A stretch of 64,000 nucleotides of DNA from the IMG/VR virus record IMGVR_UViG_3300049459_000229, positions 23,831-87,830 of that record. The stretch is one strand, 5' to 3'. The notes under the pieces were generated by a model. That model worked only from the letters and a program-made list of their open reading frames with translations, did no database searches and was not told the origin of the DNA. The position numbers and the translations under genes were made by a program. Numbering within the stretch: the stretch's first letter is position 1; each line of letters begins with the position of its first letter. This stretch comes from a virus. Shown piece by piece: positions 34,475 through 43,588 of the stretch.

Positions 34475-37400
34475 AAAAATACCGCCGTGGCGCCTTCGAC
34501 ATGTCGTCCTTCATGTGGACGATGATGTCGTGGCGTAAGGACAAAGAGAACGGCTACGAAGTCGAGCACGAAGGCAAGAAGGTCTACATCAACAGCGCCG
34601 TGTACGGCTTTGATAATACGCTAGGCCGCATGCTCGACTGCATGAAGGCCTATAAGCTCAACCCGATCGACGTGATCCTGGTATTTGAAGGCCAGAACAG
34701 CAAGGGCAAGCGTCTGCTGATCGACAACCAGTACAAGGGCGGCGGCGAGAGCAGCCGCCCGCCGCAGGCCTACGAGGAGTTTCACAAGCTGCGCGAGATG
34801 CTCAAGCAGACCTTCCTCGAGTTGGGCGCCCAGGCCATGTGGCAGGACTTCGCCGAGGGTGACGACACGCTCGCTTGGCTGGCCCAGAACACCGAGGACG
34901 ACCTGATCGTCTTCACGTTCGACAACGACCTGACGGCGTTGAATATGCACCCGAACGAGCACGGCGCGCGCGTCTCGACGTGGATTAACGAGATGTTCGA
35001 GTACAACAAATATGGCCTGTTCGACTACCACCTGGTCACCACCTACAAGGCGCTGGTCGGCGACAAGTCGGACAACATCAAGGGTTGTCCGGACTTTGGC
35101 GCCGGCAAGCCGGGCAGCGCGTGGGAGCGCCTTGTCGATAAGTACGGTTTCGATGGTGTGCAGCAGATTCACGACATGCTGGTCAAAAGCGACCTGTCGC
35201 CGCTGGGCGACTTCATCGGGCCGGACGACAAGCTCCTGCAGATGATCCTTGACAACGCACCACAGGTGATCCGCTGTTTCGACCTTGCCCGCCTGCGTCC
35301 GGAGTGGGTCAACACCATGCGCCAGCCGCTGTGCTGGGAAGCTGGCATGGTGCGCCAGCTGGCGCCTACTGACCATGACCCGCGCCTGAAGCCCTGGTAC
35401 GGCCGCACGCGACTCGTCACCGGTGGCACGTTCGAGCAGGCCATTGCCTGGGCCATGCCGCATATCCTCGCCTCGCGCGAGATCTCGCTCGATATCGAGA
35501 CTGCGACGCCCGATGAATCGGACGAGTGGCTGGCTGCACTGGGTGACCCGGACGGCGTCGACGTGTTCGGCTCGTTCCTGGTGGGTCTGGCTCTGACCTT
35601 CGGCCCGAACAACCAGTACAGCCTGTATTTCTCGGTGCGCCACGCCGAGACCGGCAACGTCGACAGCGAAGCCTTGCGCCAGTTCATCGCCTCGATCCCG
35701 CAGGACAAAGAGCTGATCATCCAGAACGTCTCGTTCGAGCTGGCGGTGCTCTTCAACGAGTGGGGCGCGCGCCAGATGGACAACGGCTACCACGGCTTCC
35801 TGCCCAATGTGCTGGACACGAAGTTCGAGGCGAACTATGTCAACGAGAACATCCCGGTCGGCCTGAAGGAGCGCTCGCACGGCACCTTGGGCTACCGTCA
35901 GCAGACCTACAAGGAGACGTGCGAGATCACGGCACCAGTGGACCAGCTGTTCCCGGGCGGGCGCCTGGTGCGCGAGGACTACGTCTACGAGACGATCGGC
36001 ACCGGCAAATTTGAGCCACTGACCGATGAGGAGGTAGCCGCTGGCGTGGTGCCGGCCGAGATTATGAAGACGCAGCTGGTCGAGGTCGACGGCGAGCCGG
36101 TCGTGGCGACGCAGACGCGCCGCTACAAGATGAGCGAGCTGCCGGCGGCGCACGTGCTTGGCTATGGCGTCGACGACACGATCTGCACGATCGCCCTGCA
36201 CAACTACTACAAGCTGTTCATGCAGCTGGAGCACTCGTACCAGACCTACCTGCAGGTGGAGATTCGCGCAGCCTATCAGCACGCGAAGAACTTCATCGAC
36301 GGTACCGAGGTCTCGATCGCGCGCTGCAAGGAGCTCGAGCGCGAGGACGACGCTACCTACGACGCTGCCTGGGCGACGGTGCGCGAGTATCTGATCGAGC
36401 AGGGCTGGGCCGGCACCACGCCGCCGACCTACACGGTCGACATCACGCCGGCGCAGATCAAGGAGGCGTACACCATCGTGACCGGCGAGACGCTGGACAC
36501 GATGATGCGCACGCCTTCGAAGATCGTGACCTTCATCCGTACCGAGACCGAGCACCTGCAGTTTGCCGAGATGCTCGATCGCCTAGTGCAGGCGAAAGCC
36601 TACGCCGACGGCAACGCGCATACCCTGCCAGCCGGCTCGGTGGTGGCTGAGATCGAGAAGGACTTCACCGCCTATGTTCGCAGCTACTTCAAGGGTGAGC
36701 CGCAGTTTAACAAGGGTTCGCCGATCCAGATGCAGCGCCTGATGTACGAGGTGATGGGCCTGCCGATCAAGGTGCGCAACATGCCGACCGAGGCCATGAA
36801 GAAGGCCGGCATCCGCGAAGGTTCGCCCAAGACCGATCTGCTGGCGGTGGCCTACGGCTTGCAGGACTGCACACCGGAGCAGAAGCCAGTGCTCGAAGCC
36901 CTGAAGCTGATGGGCATGGTCACCACGCGCCGCTCGCTCTACTACTCGAAGTATCCATACTTCACGCACTGGAAGGACGGCCGCGTACGTTCGCAGCACA
37001 ACCAGTGCTCGACCGTGACGCGCCGCGCCAGCGAGTCGAAGCCCAACAAGCAGCAGCTGCCCAAGCACCAGAAGATCGAGGGGCAGGAGGCCAAGTTCCG
37101 CGAGGTCATCGTGCCGCACCGGCCGGGTGCCGTCATCGTCTCCATGGACTTCGACTCGCAGGAGATGGTGCTGATCGCCTACCAGTCGCAGGATCCGAAC
37201 GCGCTGTCTTGCTTCCAGGGTGAGAAGCGCAAGTCGCCACACACGATCACCGGCCTGGGTATCATCCGCGAGGAGGAGGGCCTGGACTGGACGTACGAGG
37301 ACTTCGAGGCAGCGCTGGCCAGTGGCGACAAGGTGCTGGCCAAGCACGTCAAGGATATTCGCAACCTGGGCAAGAAGGTGAACTTCACAGCCGAATACGG

Positions 37401-38028
37401 CGCCATGGCCGAGAAGGTCGCCGCTACCCTGATGATCCCGGTCGAACGCGCGCAGCTGTTCCTCGATGCGCGCGAGGCGATGTATCCGGTTGCCCAGCAG
37501 TGGAAGGAAGACATCAAGGCCGAGGTCAAAGAGTTCGGCGTGGTGCGTACCCTCGGCGGCGGTGTGCGCCACCTGGGCGACCAGCTGCTGAACGGCACCA
37601 ACTTCGAGAAATCGAAAGCAGAGCGCCAGGCGGTCAACTTCAAGGTGCAGGGTCCGGCCGGCGAGCAGACCAAGCTTGCGGAAGGCCGGATGTGGGACGA
37701 CAACCTGTTCTACGACTTCGACGCGGTTTGCTACGGGCCGATTCACGACGAGGTGGTGGCCTCGGTGATGATCGAGGACCTGCCGGCCTTCCTGCCGCGC
37801 ATGCACCGCTGCATGACGGCGCCGTTCGCCACGATGGATCTGGAAGTGGTGTCGACCATCTCGTTTGGCCCGAACTTCTACCGCCAGACCGAAATCGGCG
37901 CCTACCCGACGCTGGAGGCTATCCGTGACGGGCTGCTGGAGATGCACCTCGGGATGATTGCACGCGGCGAGACCACGTGGGAGCAGTCGTGGATTGAGAA
38001 TGAAGTAAAACTTTTGGAGGCAGCATGA
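34471..38028 (+). CDS. polA: Family A DNA polymerase with N-terminal 5'-3' exonuclease and 3'-5' exonuclease
   Basis: EGDD..DND, LVGDKSDNIKG (FEN); LDIET (exoI); DFDSQE (A), KKVNF..EYG (B), IHDE (C). Confidence 0.93.
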   Translation: MKKYRRGAFDMSSFMWTMMSWRKDKENGYEVEHEGKKVYINSAVYGFDNTLGRMLDCMKAYKLNPIDVILVFEGQNSKGKRLLIDNQYKGGGESSRPPQAYEEFHKLREMLKQTFLELGAQAMWQDFAEGDDTLAWLAQNTEDDLIVFTFDNDLTALNMHPNEHGARVSTWINEMFEYNKYGLFDYHLVTTYKALVGDKSDNIKGCPDFGAGKPGSAWERLVDKYGFDGVQQIHDMLVKSDLSPLGDFIGPDDKLLQMILDNAPQVIRCFDLARLRPEWVNTMRQPLCWEAGMVRQLAPTDHDPRLKPWYGRTRLVTGGTFEQAIAWAMPHILASREISLDIETATPDESDEWLAALGDPDGVDVFGSFLVGLALTFGPNNQYSLYFSVRHAETGNVDSEALRQFIASIPQDKELIIQNVSFELAVLFNEWGARQMDNGYHGFLPNVLDTKFEANYVNENIPVGLKERSHGTLGYRQQTYKETCEITAPVDQLFPGGRLVREDYVYETIGTGKFEPLTDEEVAAGVVPAEIMKTQLVEVDGEPVVATQTRRYKMSELPAAHVLGYGVDDTICTIALHNYYKLFMQLEHSYQTYLQVEIRAAYQHAKNFIDGTEVSIARCKELEREDDATYDAAWATVREYLIEQGWAGTTPPTYTVDITPAQIKEAYTIVTGETLDTMMRTPSKIVTFIRTETEHLQFAEMLDRLVQAKAYADGNAHTLPAGSVVAEIEKDFTAYVRSYFKGEPQFNKGSPIQMQRLMYEVMGLPIKVRNMPTEAMKKAGIREGSPKTDLLAVAYGLQDCTPEQKPVLEALKLMGMVTTRRSLYYSKYPYFTHWKDGRVRSQHNQCSTVTRRASESKPNKQQLPKHQKIEGQEAKFREVIVPHRPGAVIVSMDFDSQEMVLIAYQSQDPNALSCFQGEKRKSPHTITGLGIIREEEGLDWTYEDFEAALASGDKVLAKHVKDIRNLGKKVNFTAEYGAMAEKVAATLMIPVERAQLFLDAREAMYPVAQQWKEDIKAEVKEFGVVRTLGGGVRHLGDQLLNGTNFEKSKAERQAVNFKVQGPAGEQTKLAEGRMWDDNLFYDFDAVCYGPIHDEVVASVMIEDLPAFLPRMHRCMTAPFATMDLEVVSTISFGPNFYRQTEIGAYPTLEAIRDGLLEMHLGMIARGETTWEQSWIENEVKLLEAA

Positions 38029-38318
38029 GAGTTCAAGTAGCGAAGGAGGAGGTGTTCACCCTGACCATCGGCGACGTCCAGTTCAAGGACATGCGCATTG
38101 AATCCCGCTGGGAAGGTCTGACCAAGCTGGCGAACAGTCGCGGTGATGCGCTGGTCGTGTCGGGTCTGGGCGATGGCCAGAGTTTCGGCACCGCCTTCGA
38201 TACGCTGTTCGGTGACATCTTCAGGACCGGAAAGATGACCGATGAGGCAGGCGTGTTGATTGTGATGGGCACACCTTGCCTGATAACGCAGATTCTGCCG
38301 CTGAGAGGGAAGGTATGA
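38025..38318 (+). CDS. Hypothetical protein
   Basis: GGAGG RBS, ATGA coupling. Confidence 0.65.
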   Translation: MRVQVAKEEVFTLTIGDVQFKDMRIESRWEGLTKLANSRGDALVVSGLGDGQSFGTAFDTLFGDIFRTGKMTDEAGVLIVMGTPCLITQILPLRGKV

Positions 38319-38668
38319 AGGACACCGTCGCCGCCGCGATCGCCCGCATCCTGGGCGTCTCGTCGAAGCTGATCTCAGGGTGGTCACTGGAGGCGCGACA
38401 GGACGGCCGCCGAGGCACGCCAGGCATGCTGACCACGCATCTGCAAGTCAAGGTCGAGGCTGACCGCGACACCCTGTACCGGCTGCAGACGGGCCAGCAC
38501 CGCGGCAGCTGGGCGCTGAACAACGTCTATGCTGACTCGGCGCACCTGTTTGACGTCGCAGCACGCCTCGATGTGGCCCTTCTCTATGGCAAGGAGACGC
38601 AGCACATCTTCAAGGCGTTGGCCCAGATGACGGTCTATCGCAAAAATCAGAAAGGAAAGAGGAAATGA
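38315..38668 (+). CDS. Hypothetical protein (MKDTVAA...)
   Basis: ATGA coupling. Confidence 0.65.
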   Translation: MKDTVAAAIARILGVSSKLISGWSLEARQDGRRGTPGMLTTHLQVKVEADRDTLYRLQTGQHRGSWALNNVYADSAHLFDVAARLDVALLYGKETQHIFKALAQMTVYRKNQKGKRK

Positions 38669-39024
38669 ATGACGCCCTGAGACAGACCGGCCGCACCACG
38701 CGGCTGATCGAGAAGGCAGTGCAGCTGGCGCACGAAGGCCGGGCTGTCTACATCCATACGCCGGAGCGATGCGTGCGCCGCACGCAGAAGCAGGTCGATG
38801 AGACCTGGGAAAAGCTGTGGCCGGGCCGGCCACACGGCATCAAGGTCGAAGCGCCGCACCCGCACGCGCAGTTCAATTGGTGGGAGATGCGCGTGCTGGG
38901 TGCCCACCCGAACAGCGTCTGGCTGGTCGACCACTACCTTGTCGAGCGCCGGATCCAGCTCCTGCAAGACCAGATGGCCGAACTTGCGAAAGAGATCGGC
39001 CGCATCTACCCACTTACCGTATAA
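38665..39024 (+). CDS. Small protein with degenerate P-loop (RQTGRTT)
   Basis: ATGA coupling; RQTGRTT...WLVDH resembles Walker A/B remnants. Confidence 0.65.
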   Translation: MNDALRQTGRTTRLIEKAVQLAHEGRAVYIHTPERCVRRTQKQVDETWEKLWPGRPHGIKVEAPHPHAQFNWWEMRVLGAHPNSVWLVDHYLVERRIQLLQDQMAELAKEIGRIYPLTV

Positions 39025-39068
39025 CCCACCCGCCCGGCGCGCCGGGCACAACCCCCTAGGAGAATGCA

Positions 39069-39479
39069 ATGTCCATGACTTTTGAAGCACTCAGGCAGGC
39101 CAACCTGATGCGCCTGCCACAGTTCAAGAATTCGCGCGGCGAGTATGCGCACAGCGAGATGGACGGCTCCGACTGGAGCCCTTCGGATTGGTTCGAGGCG
39201 ATGGCTGGTGAAGTCGGCGAATTCGCAAATTGGCACAAGAAATTCCGTCGGGGCGACATCTCGTTCGAGGAGTTCCAGCAGCACGCAGCCAAGGAGCTGG
39301 CCGATGTCCAGATTTACCTCGACATCCTCGCGCTGCGCTGCCTCGACCTGCCAGGCAGGCCGCACCCGACTGGCATCGACCTCGGCCAGGCCACTCGCTT
39401 GAAGTTCAACGAGGTGTCTGAGCGCGTTGGCGCCAACGTTTTTATCGATACGCAGGGCCTCGTCTACCAGGAAATTTAG
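39069..39479 (+). CDS. mazG: MazG-like nucleotide pyrophosphohydrolase
   Basis: AGEVGEFANWHKK...KELADVQIYL...KFNEVS. Confidence 0.85.
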   Translation: MSMTFEALRQANLMRLPQFKNSRGEYAHSEMDGSDWSPSDWFEAMAGEVGEFANWHKKFRRGDISFEEFQQHAAKELADVQIYLDILALRCLDLPGRPHPTGIDLGQATRLKFNEVSERVGANVFIDTQGLVYQEI

Positions 39480-39529
39480 TCCGCCGCCCGGCTACCCCCC
39501 GCCGGGCATCAACCTAGAGAAAGAAGAAA

Positions 39530-39742
39530 ATGAGCAAACCCCAAATTACAGTCACCATCAGCGGGCCGGCTGGCGCCGGCAAGTCCACGCTGGCCGAGCA
39601 TATTGCCAGCGACCTAGCCATACGTTATGGCGTCAAGGTGCAACTGATCGATGACGGCTGGAATCAGCTGTTGCCCACCTCGGCCCGCCACCTGCCTGGC
39701 CACTTCGACGCTGACGTCGCTATCCTTGTGGAGCAAAAATAA
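39530..39742 (+). CDS. 70-aa P-loop-containing protein
   Basis: ISGPAGAGKSTLA Walker A. Confidence 0.65.
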   Translation: MSKPQITVTISGPAGAGKSTLAEHIASDLAIRYGVKVQLIDDGWNQLLPTSARHLPGHFDADVAILVEQK

Positions 39743-40737
39743 TGACCACCAAAACCCTCCCCCAACTCGCGATCGATGTGAAATCCGACTTCGCCGGCAT
39801 GCGCTTCCCCGTCTGGGGCTTCATCAAGGTTGACGGCGTGCGCGGCTGCCACGTGACCGGCAAATTCACCGGCCGCTCGCTGGAAGACATGAAGAACACG
39901 GCGCTGGCCGAGAAGTTCAGCGGCCCGGAGTACGCCGGCTTCGATGGCGAGCTCACGATTGATGGCTACCTGACCAACCGCGCGCTGCCGGCCGACTTGC
40001 GCCCCGAGGGCAACGAGACGCTGTGCAGCCTGACGACCGGCATCACCAACCGCGCGAAGATTAAGAAGGGCGAGATGGCGCTGCCGACGAACGTGGTCTG
40101 GAACCTGTTCGACTATCTGGCGCCGGACCTCGTGGACCAACCATACGAGATCCGCTACGCCGCTCTGAAACGGGCGGTGCGCCAGAACTCCGGGTCTGCG
40201 TTCCCAGTTGCTCATGTGCGTGTCCTCGACTACACCCTGATCGAGAACGCCGAGCAGGCGCAGGCATTCATCGACGAATGCCTGGCCGAAGGCTACGAAG
40301 GCGCCGTCTTCCGCGACCCGAAGGCGAAGCACAAGCACGGCCGCGCCACCGCGAAGCTGAACGACTTCTGGCGCTTCAAGCCGGCCTCGGTCAAGGACTG
40401 CATCATCACTGGCTTCGAAGAGGCGATGGAGAACCAGAACGAGGCGACCACCAACGCCTTGGGCCGCACCGAGCGCAGCTCCCACAAGGAGAACAAGGTC
40501 GGCAAGGGTATGATCGGCACCTTCCTCGCCACCGACGTCGCTACCGGCCAGCCGATCCGCCTTGGGCCCGGCAGCGCCACCCACGAACAGCGCACCCACT
40601 GGTTCAACAACCCGACCGAGATCTGCGGCTGGCCGGCCGAATACGTCTCGCTCGACACTGGCGTGAAGGACGCGCCGCGCCAGGCGCGCTTCCTGCGCCG
40701 CCGCGAGAAGTACGACTTGGCTGTGGAGGCAGCATGA
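39742..40737 (+). CDS. ATP-dependent DNA ligase
   Basis: KVDGVR (motif I), FDGEL (III), LFD (IIIa), EGAVFR (IV), RFKP (V). Confidence 0.92.
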   Translation: MTTKTLPQLAIDVKSDFAGMRFPVWGFIKVDGVRGCHVTGKFTGRSLEDMKNTALAEKFSGPEYAGFDGELTIDGYLTNRALPADLRPEGNETLCSLTTGITNRAKIKKGEMALPTNVVWNLFDYLAPDLVDQPYEIRYAALKRAVRQNSGSAFPVAHVRVLDYTLIENAEQAQAFIDECLAEGYEGAVFRDPKAKHKHGRATAKLNDFWRFKPASVKDCIITGFEEAMENQNEATTNALGRTERSSHKENKVGKGMIGTFLATDVATGQPIRLGPGSATHEQRTHWFNNPTEICGWPAEYVSLDTGVKDAPRQARFLRRREKYDLAVEAA

Positions 40738-40940
40738 AGATCGTCGAAGGCAAGCCACAGCCGGCGCCGCTAGACCAGGTCGAGCTGTCGCCGGCAGAGG
40801 TGTTCACGGCACTACACAATTACGTAGTCACGCATACCGGCCGCACGCCGCGCGAGATCGTCGGATTCGACCAGATCTACTCGCTGGGCGTGAAGGATCC
40901 AGCCCTCCAGATTACCCTCACCCTGAAACCGAAAGAATGA
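40734..40940 (+). CDS. Hypothetical protein (MKIVEGK...)
   Basis: GGAGG RBS, ATGA coupling. Confidence 0.6.
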   Translation: MKIVEGKPQPAPLDQVELSPAEVFTALHNYVVTHTGRTPREIVGFDQIYSLGVKDPALQITLTLKPKE

Positions 40941-41620
40941 AGATGCAAAATCAAGAAATCAAATTGCTGGACCACGGCCACATCCGCCTAGTCGACCACA
41001 TGGGCAGCGACCTGTCTATCGTGCGCTCGGCGCGCGTCTCCTACGATGCTGACTGGCGCGCTGGCGAAGACGAGGGCAAGGACGTGAAGCTCATCAACTA
41101 CCTGATGAAGAATCGCCATACGTCGCCGTTCGAGTCGGTCACTTTCACGTTCGAGGTGAAGGCGCCGATCTTCGTGTTCCGCCAGTGGCACCGCCATCGC
41201 ACCTGGTCCTTCAACGAGATCAGCGCGCGCTACGCCGAGCTGCCGGAAGAGTTCTACGTGCCGGCCGTCGACAAGATCACGACCCAGTCGGTGAACAACA
41301 AGCAGCAGCGCACAGATGAACAGCACGCTGACGCTGCTTATATGCGCGAATTAATCCAGCAGTCTGGCCAGGCGGCTTTCGACCGCTACCGCATACTGCT
41401 TGAGCGCGGCTGCCCGCGTGAACTGGCGCGCGGCGTGCTGCCGGTGAACACCTACAGCAAGATGTTCGCCACGATCGACCTGCACAACCTGCTGGGCTTC
41501 ATCCGGCTGCGTGATCACGCGCATGCCCAGTATGAGATCCAGGTCTACGCTCAGGCGATGCTCGAGCTAATTCGCCCGATCGTGCCGGTGGCGGTCGCCG
41601 CTTTCGAGGCGACGCAATGA
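40937..41620 (+). CDS. thyX: Flavin-dependent thymidylate synthase
   Basis: ARVSY, HTSPFE, RQWHRHR.WSFNEISARY, HAQYEI. Confidence 0.96.
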   Translation: MKMQNQEIKLLDHGHIRLVDHMGSDLSIVRSARVSYDADWRAGEDEGKDVKLINYLMKNRHTSPFESVTFTFEVKAPIFVFRQWHRHRTWSFNEISARYAELPEEFYVPAVDKITTQSVNNKQQRTDEQHADAAYMRELIQQSGQAAFDRYRILLERGCPRELARGVLPVNTYSKMFATIDLHNLLGFIRLRDHAHAQYEIQVYAQAMLELIRPIVPVAVAAFEATQ

Positions 41621-41841
41621 ACGCCGCACCGGGAGCACCGCGCCGCATCGCCGAGCTGTGCGACGAAGCGGTCGGCGAGCTGAAGGTAGCGCAACGTCTG
41701 CTGGCTGAGCTGCAGCGGCCGTATGCCCCGGCAACCTGGGGTGCAGGCACGCTGACGACAGTCGACGTCGAACAGCTGTGGCATCGGCTCGAGTCGATCG
41801 ACGACCGCATCCACAACGCCCTCGGCAAACTGGGAGACTGA
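41617..41841 (+). CDS. Hypothetical protein
   Basis: ATGA coupling. Confidence 0.6.
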   Translation: MNAAPGAPRRIAELCDEAVGELKVAQRLLAELQRPYAPATWGAGTLTTVDVEQLWHRLESIDDRIHNALGKLGD

Positions 41842-41842
41842 C

Positions 41843-42295
41843 ATGGCGACACCTGGAACACGTGGCAAGTGGGCCGAAGGCAGGGTCCGTGACTGGATGA
41901 AACAGCGCGAGGTGGATGACGCCGGTTTCGCTTTCCTGCGCTACCCCGACGCCCGGGCTGGCAGCGCGCAACCGGCGCCGTCCGATTTCGAAGCGGGGCA
42001 CCGCGGCACCAACTTCAAGATCGAGGTGAAGGAGGTCAAGATTACCACAGTCGCCAGCCGGCGCCTGCCGGCGGCGAACTTCGCGGCCGACAAGGTCGGG
42101 CGCATGCGGAAGTGGCACCTTGCCGGTTCGTCCTGCTGGGTGATCGTCTGCCACTTGACCAAGGGGCGCGGCGGCGTGCGCGAGTGGCGGTTGGTGCCAG
42201 CCACCCACTTCTTCGAGCGCGCCGCATCCTGGGATCTGACGCACATCACGGACTACCCCAGGGTCGAAGATGTGATGGCGCAACTCTTTCCTTGA
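41843..42295 (+). CDS. PD-(D/E)XK nuclease, putative Holliday junction resolvase
   Basis: RGKWAE...PSDF...IEVKE. Confidence 0.75.
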   Translation: MATPGTRGKWAEGRVRDWMKQREVDDAGFAFLRYPDARAGSAQPAPSDFEAGHRGTNFKIEVKEVKITTVASRRLPAANFAADKVGRMRKWHLAGSSCWVIVCHLTKGRGGVREWRLVPATHFFERAASWDLTHITDYPRVEDVMAQLFP

Positions 42296-42320
42296 CGCTA
42301 GGCAAACATTCCCTGAAAAT
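42292..42320 (+). promoter_or_regulatory. Sigma70-like promoter upstream of sbcDC
   Basis: TTGACG-N17-GAAAAT; followed by hairpin AGAGGCC..GGCCTCT at 42326-42345. Confidence 0.55.
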
Positions 42321-42371
42321 GACAGAGAGGCCCTCCGAGGCCTCTTTCCACACCCACTTAGGAAAATAACA

Positions 42372-43406
42372 ATGACCCTCACAGTAGTGAACGACTGGCA
42401 CCTCGGTGCCGTGCGCAGCGCCGGCACCACACCGGCGACGGCGTACCAACTGCGGCAGGACCTGCTGCGCGCCGCCGGAGAGATCCTCGCACAGGTCAGC
42501 GGCGATCTGCTGGTGAACGGCGACCTGTTCGACGGCCCGGACATCCCGCGCGCGGATCTGCTGGCCGCGGTCCGCATGTTCAGTGCGTGGCTGTTCAACA
42601 CCAAGGGTCGCCTCGCACTGGCCAATGGCAACCACGACCTGGACAAGAACTCGACGCGGCTGTCGTCCTTTCAGTTCTTTGCTCAGCTGCTGCGCAGCAT
42701 GTTTCCGGATCAGGTGGTGCATATCGAGGAAGGTACATACGATAAGCAGCACGACGCCTACGTGATCCCGCACGTCGCCAATCAGGATCTGTTCAACATG
42801 GAACTGGCCAACGTCCCGCCCTGCCGCTTCCTGTTCGTGCACGCCAACTACGACAACCAGTTCGCGGTCGAAGCCGACCACTCGCTGAACCTGTCGAAGG
42901 AGCAGGCCGAGCAGCTGCCGGTCGAGTACATCGTGTTCGGTCACGAGCACCAGGCGCGTACCGAGCTGGGTGGCAAGGTCGTGATCGTCGGGAACCAGTT
43001 CCCCAGCTCGATCAGCGACTGCCTGGGCAACACGGACAAACAGTGCCTAGTCGTGCGTGACGACGGCAGCTATTACATGGCCACCACGTGGCAGGCCGAT
43101 GGCGACTATGCTGAGCAGGACTGGCACGAGCTGAACGACGTTGGCCGCTTCATCCGCGTGACCGGCACCGCTACGGCCGCCGAGGCCAGCAAGATGATGG
43201 CGACCCTGGGTCGCTTCCGGCGCGAAGCCAAGGCGCTGGTCATCACCAACGCGGTGAAAGTCGAGGGCGTCGACGACGGCGCCGAGATGACCTTGTCGCA
43301 TGAAGACGTCACGAGCTTCAACGTGATGGAGGCGCTGCGCGAATACCTGGGGCCGGAGGACGCGGCCGAGATCGACAAAATCATGGGAGAGACCGATGCT
43401 GCTTAA
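42372..43406 (+). CDS. sbcD: SbcD/Mre11-like nuclease
   Basis: DWH, GDLFD, GNHD, GHEH phosphoesterase motifs; close to SbcC. Confidence 0.88.
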   Translation: MTLTVVNDWHLGAVRSAGTTPATAYQLRQDLLRAAGEILAQVSGDLLVNGDLFDGPDIPRADLLAAVRMFSAWLFNTKGRLALANGNHDLDKNSTRLSSFQFFAQLLRSMFPDQVVHIEEGTYDKQHDAYVIPHVANQDLFNMELANVPPCRFLFVHANYDNQFAVEADHSLNLSKEQAEQLPVEYIVFGHEHQARTELGGKVVIVGNQFPSSISDCLGNTDKQCLVVRDDGSYYMATTWQADGDYAEQDWHELNDVGRFIRVTGTATAAEASKMMATLGRFRREAKALVITNAVKVEGVDDGAEMTLSHEDVTSFNVMEALREYLGPEDAAEIDKIMGETDAA

Positions 43407-43587
43407 TCTACTCAAGGCCGCCACCGCGGTCGCCGTCTCACCTGTTGCCGCCGTGGTCGACGCCGTGATGATCATCCCTGCTGCTTGCTCCCACAACAAG
43501 AAGCGCGACGTCCCGTTCAGCCGCACTGGCGCCCTGCTCAAGGCCGCCGGCGAAGCCGTCACCGAAGCCGTCAAACCGGAAAAATAA
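43396..43587 (+). CDS. Small hydrophobic hypothetical protein
   Basis: GGAG RBS; fills the gap between sbcD and sbcC. Confidence 0.6.
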   Translation: MLLNLLKAATAVAVSPVAAVVDAVMIIPAACSHNKKRDVPFSRTGALLKAAGEAVTEAVKPEK

Positions 43588-43588
43588 C

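Noticed and set aside
35905-36700. Intein or intron in polA
   Set aside because: No C/S...HN splice termini or homing endonuclease motifs, and the ORF is continuous
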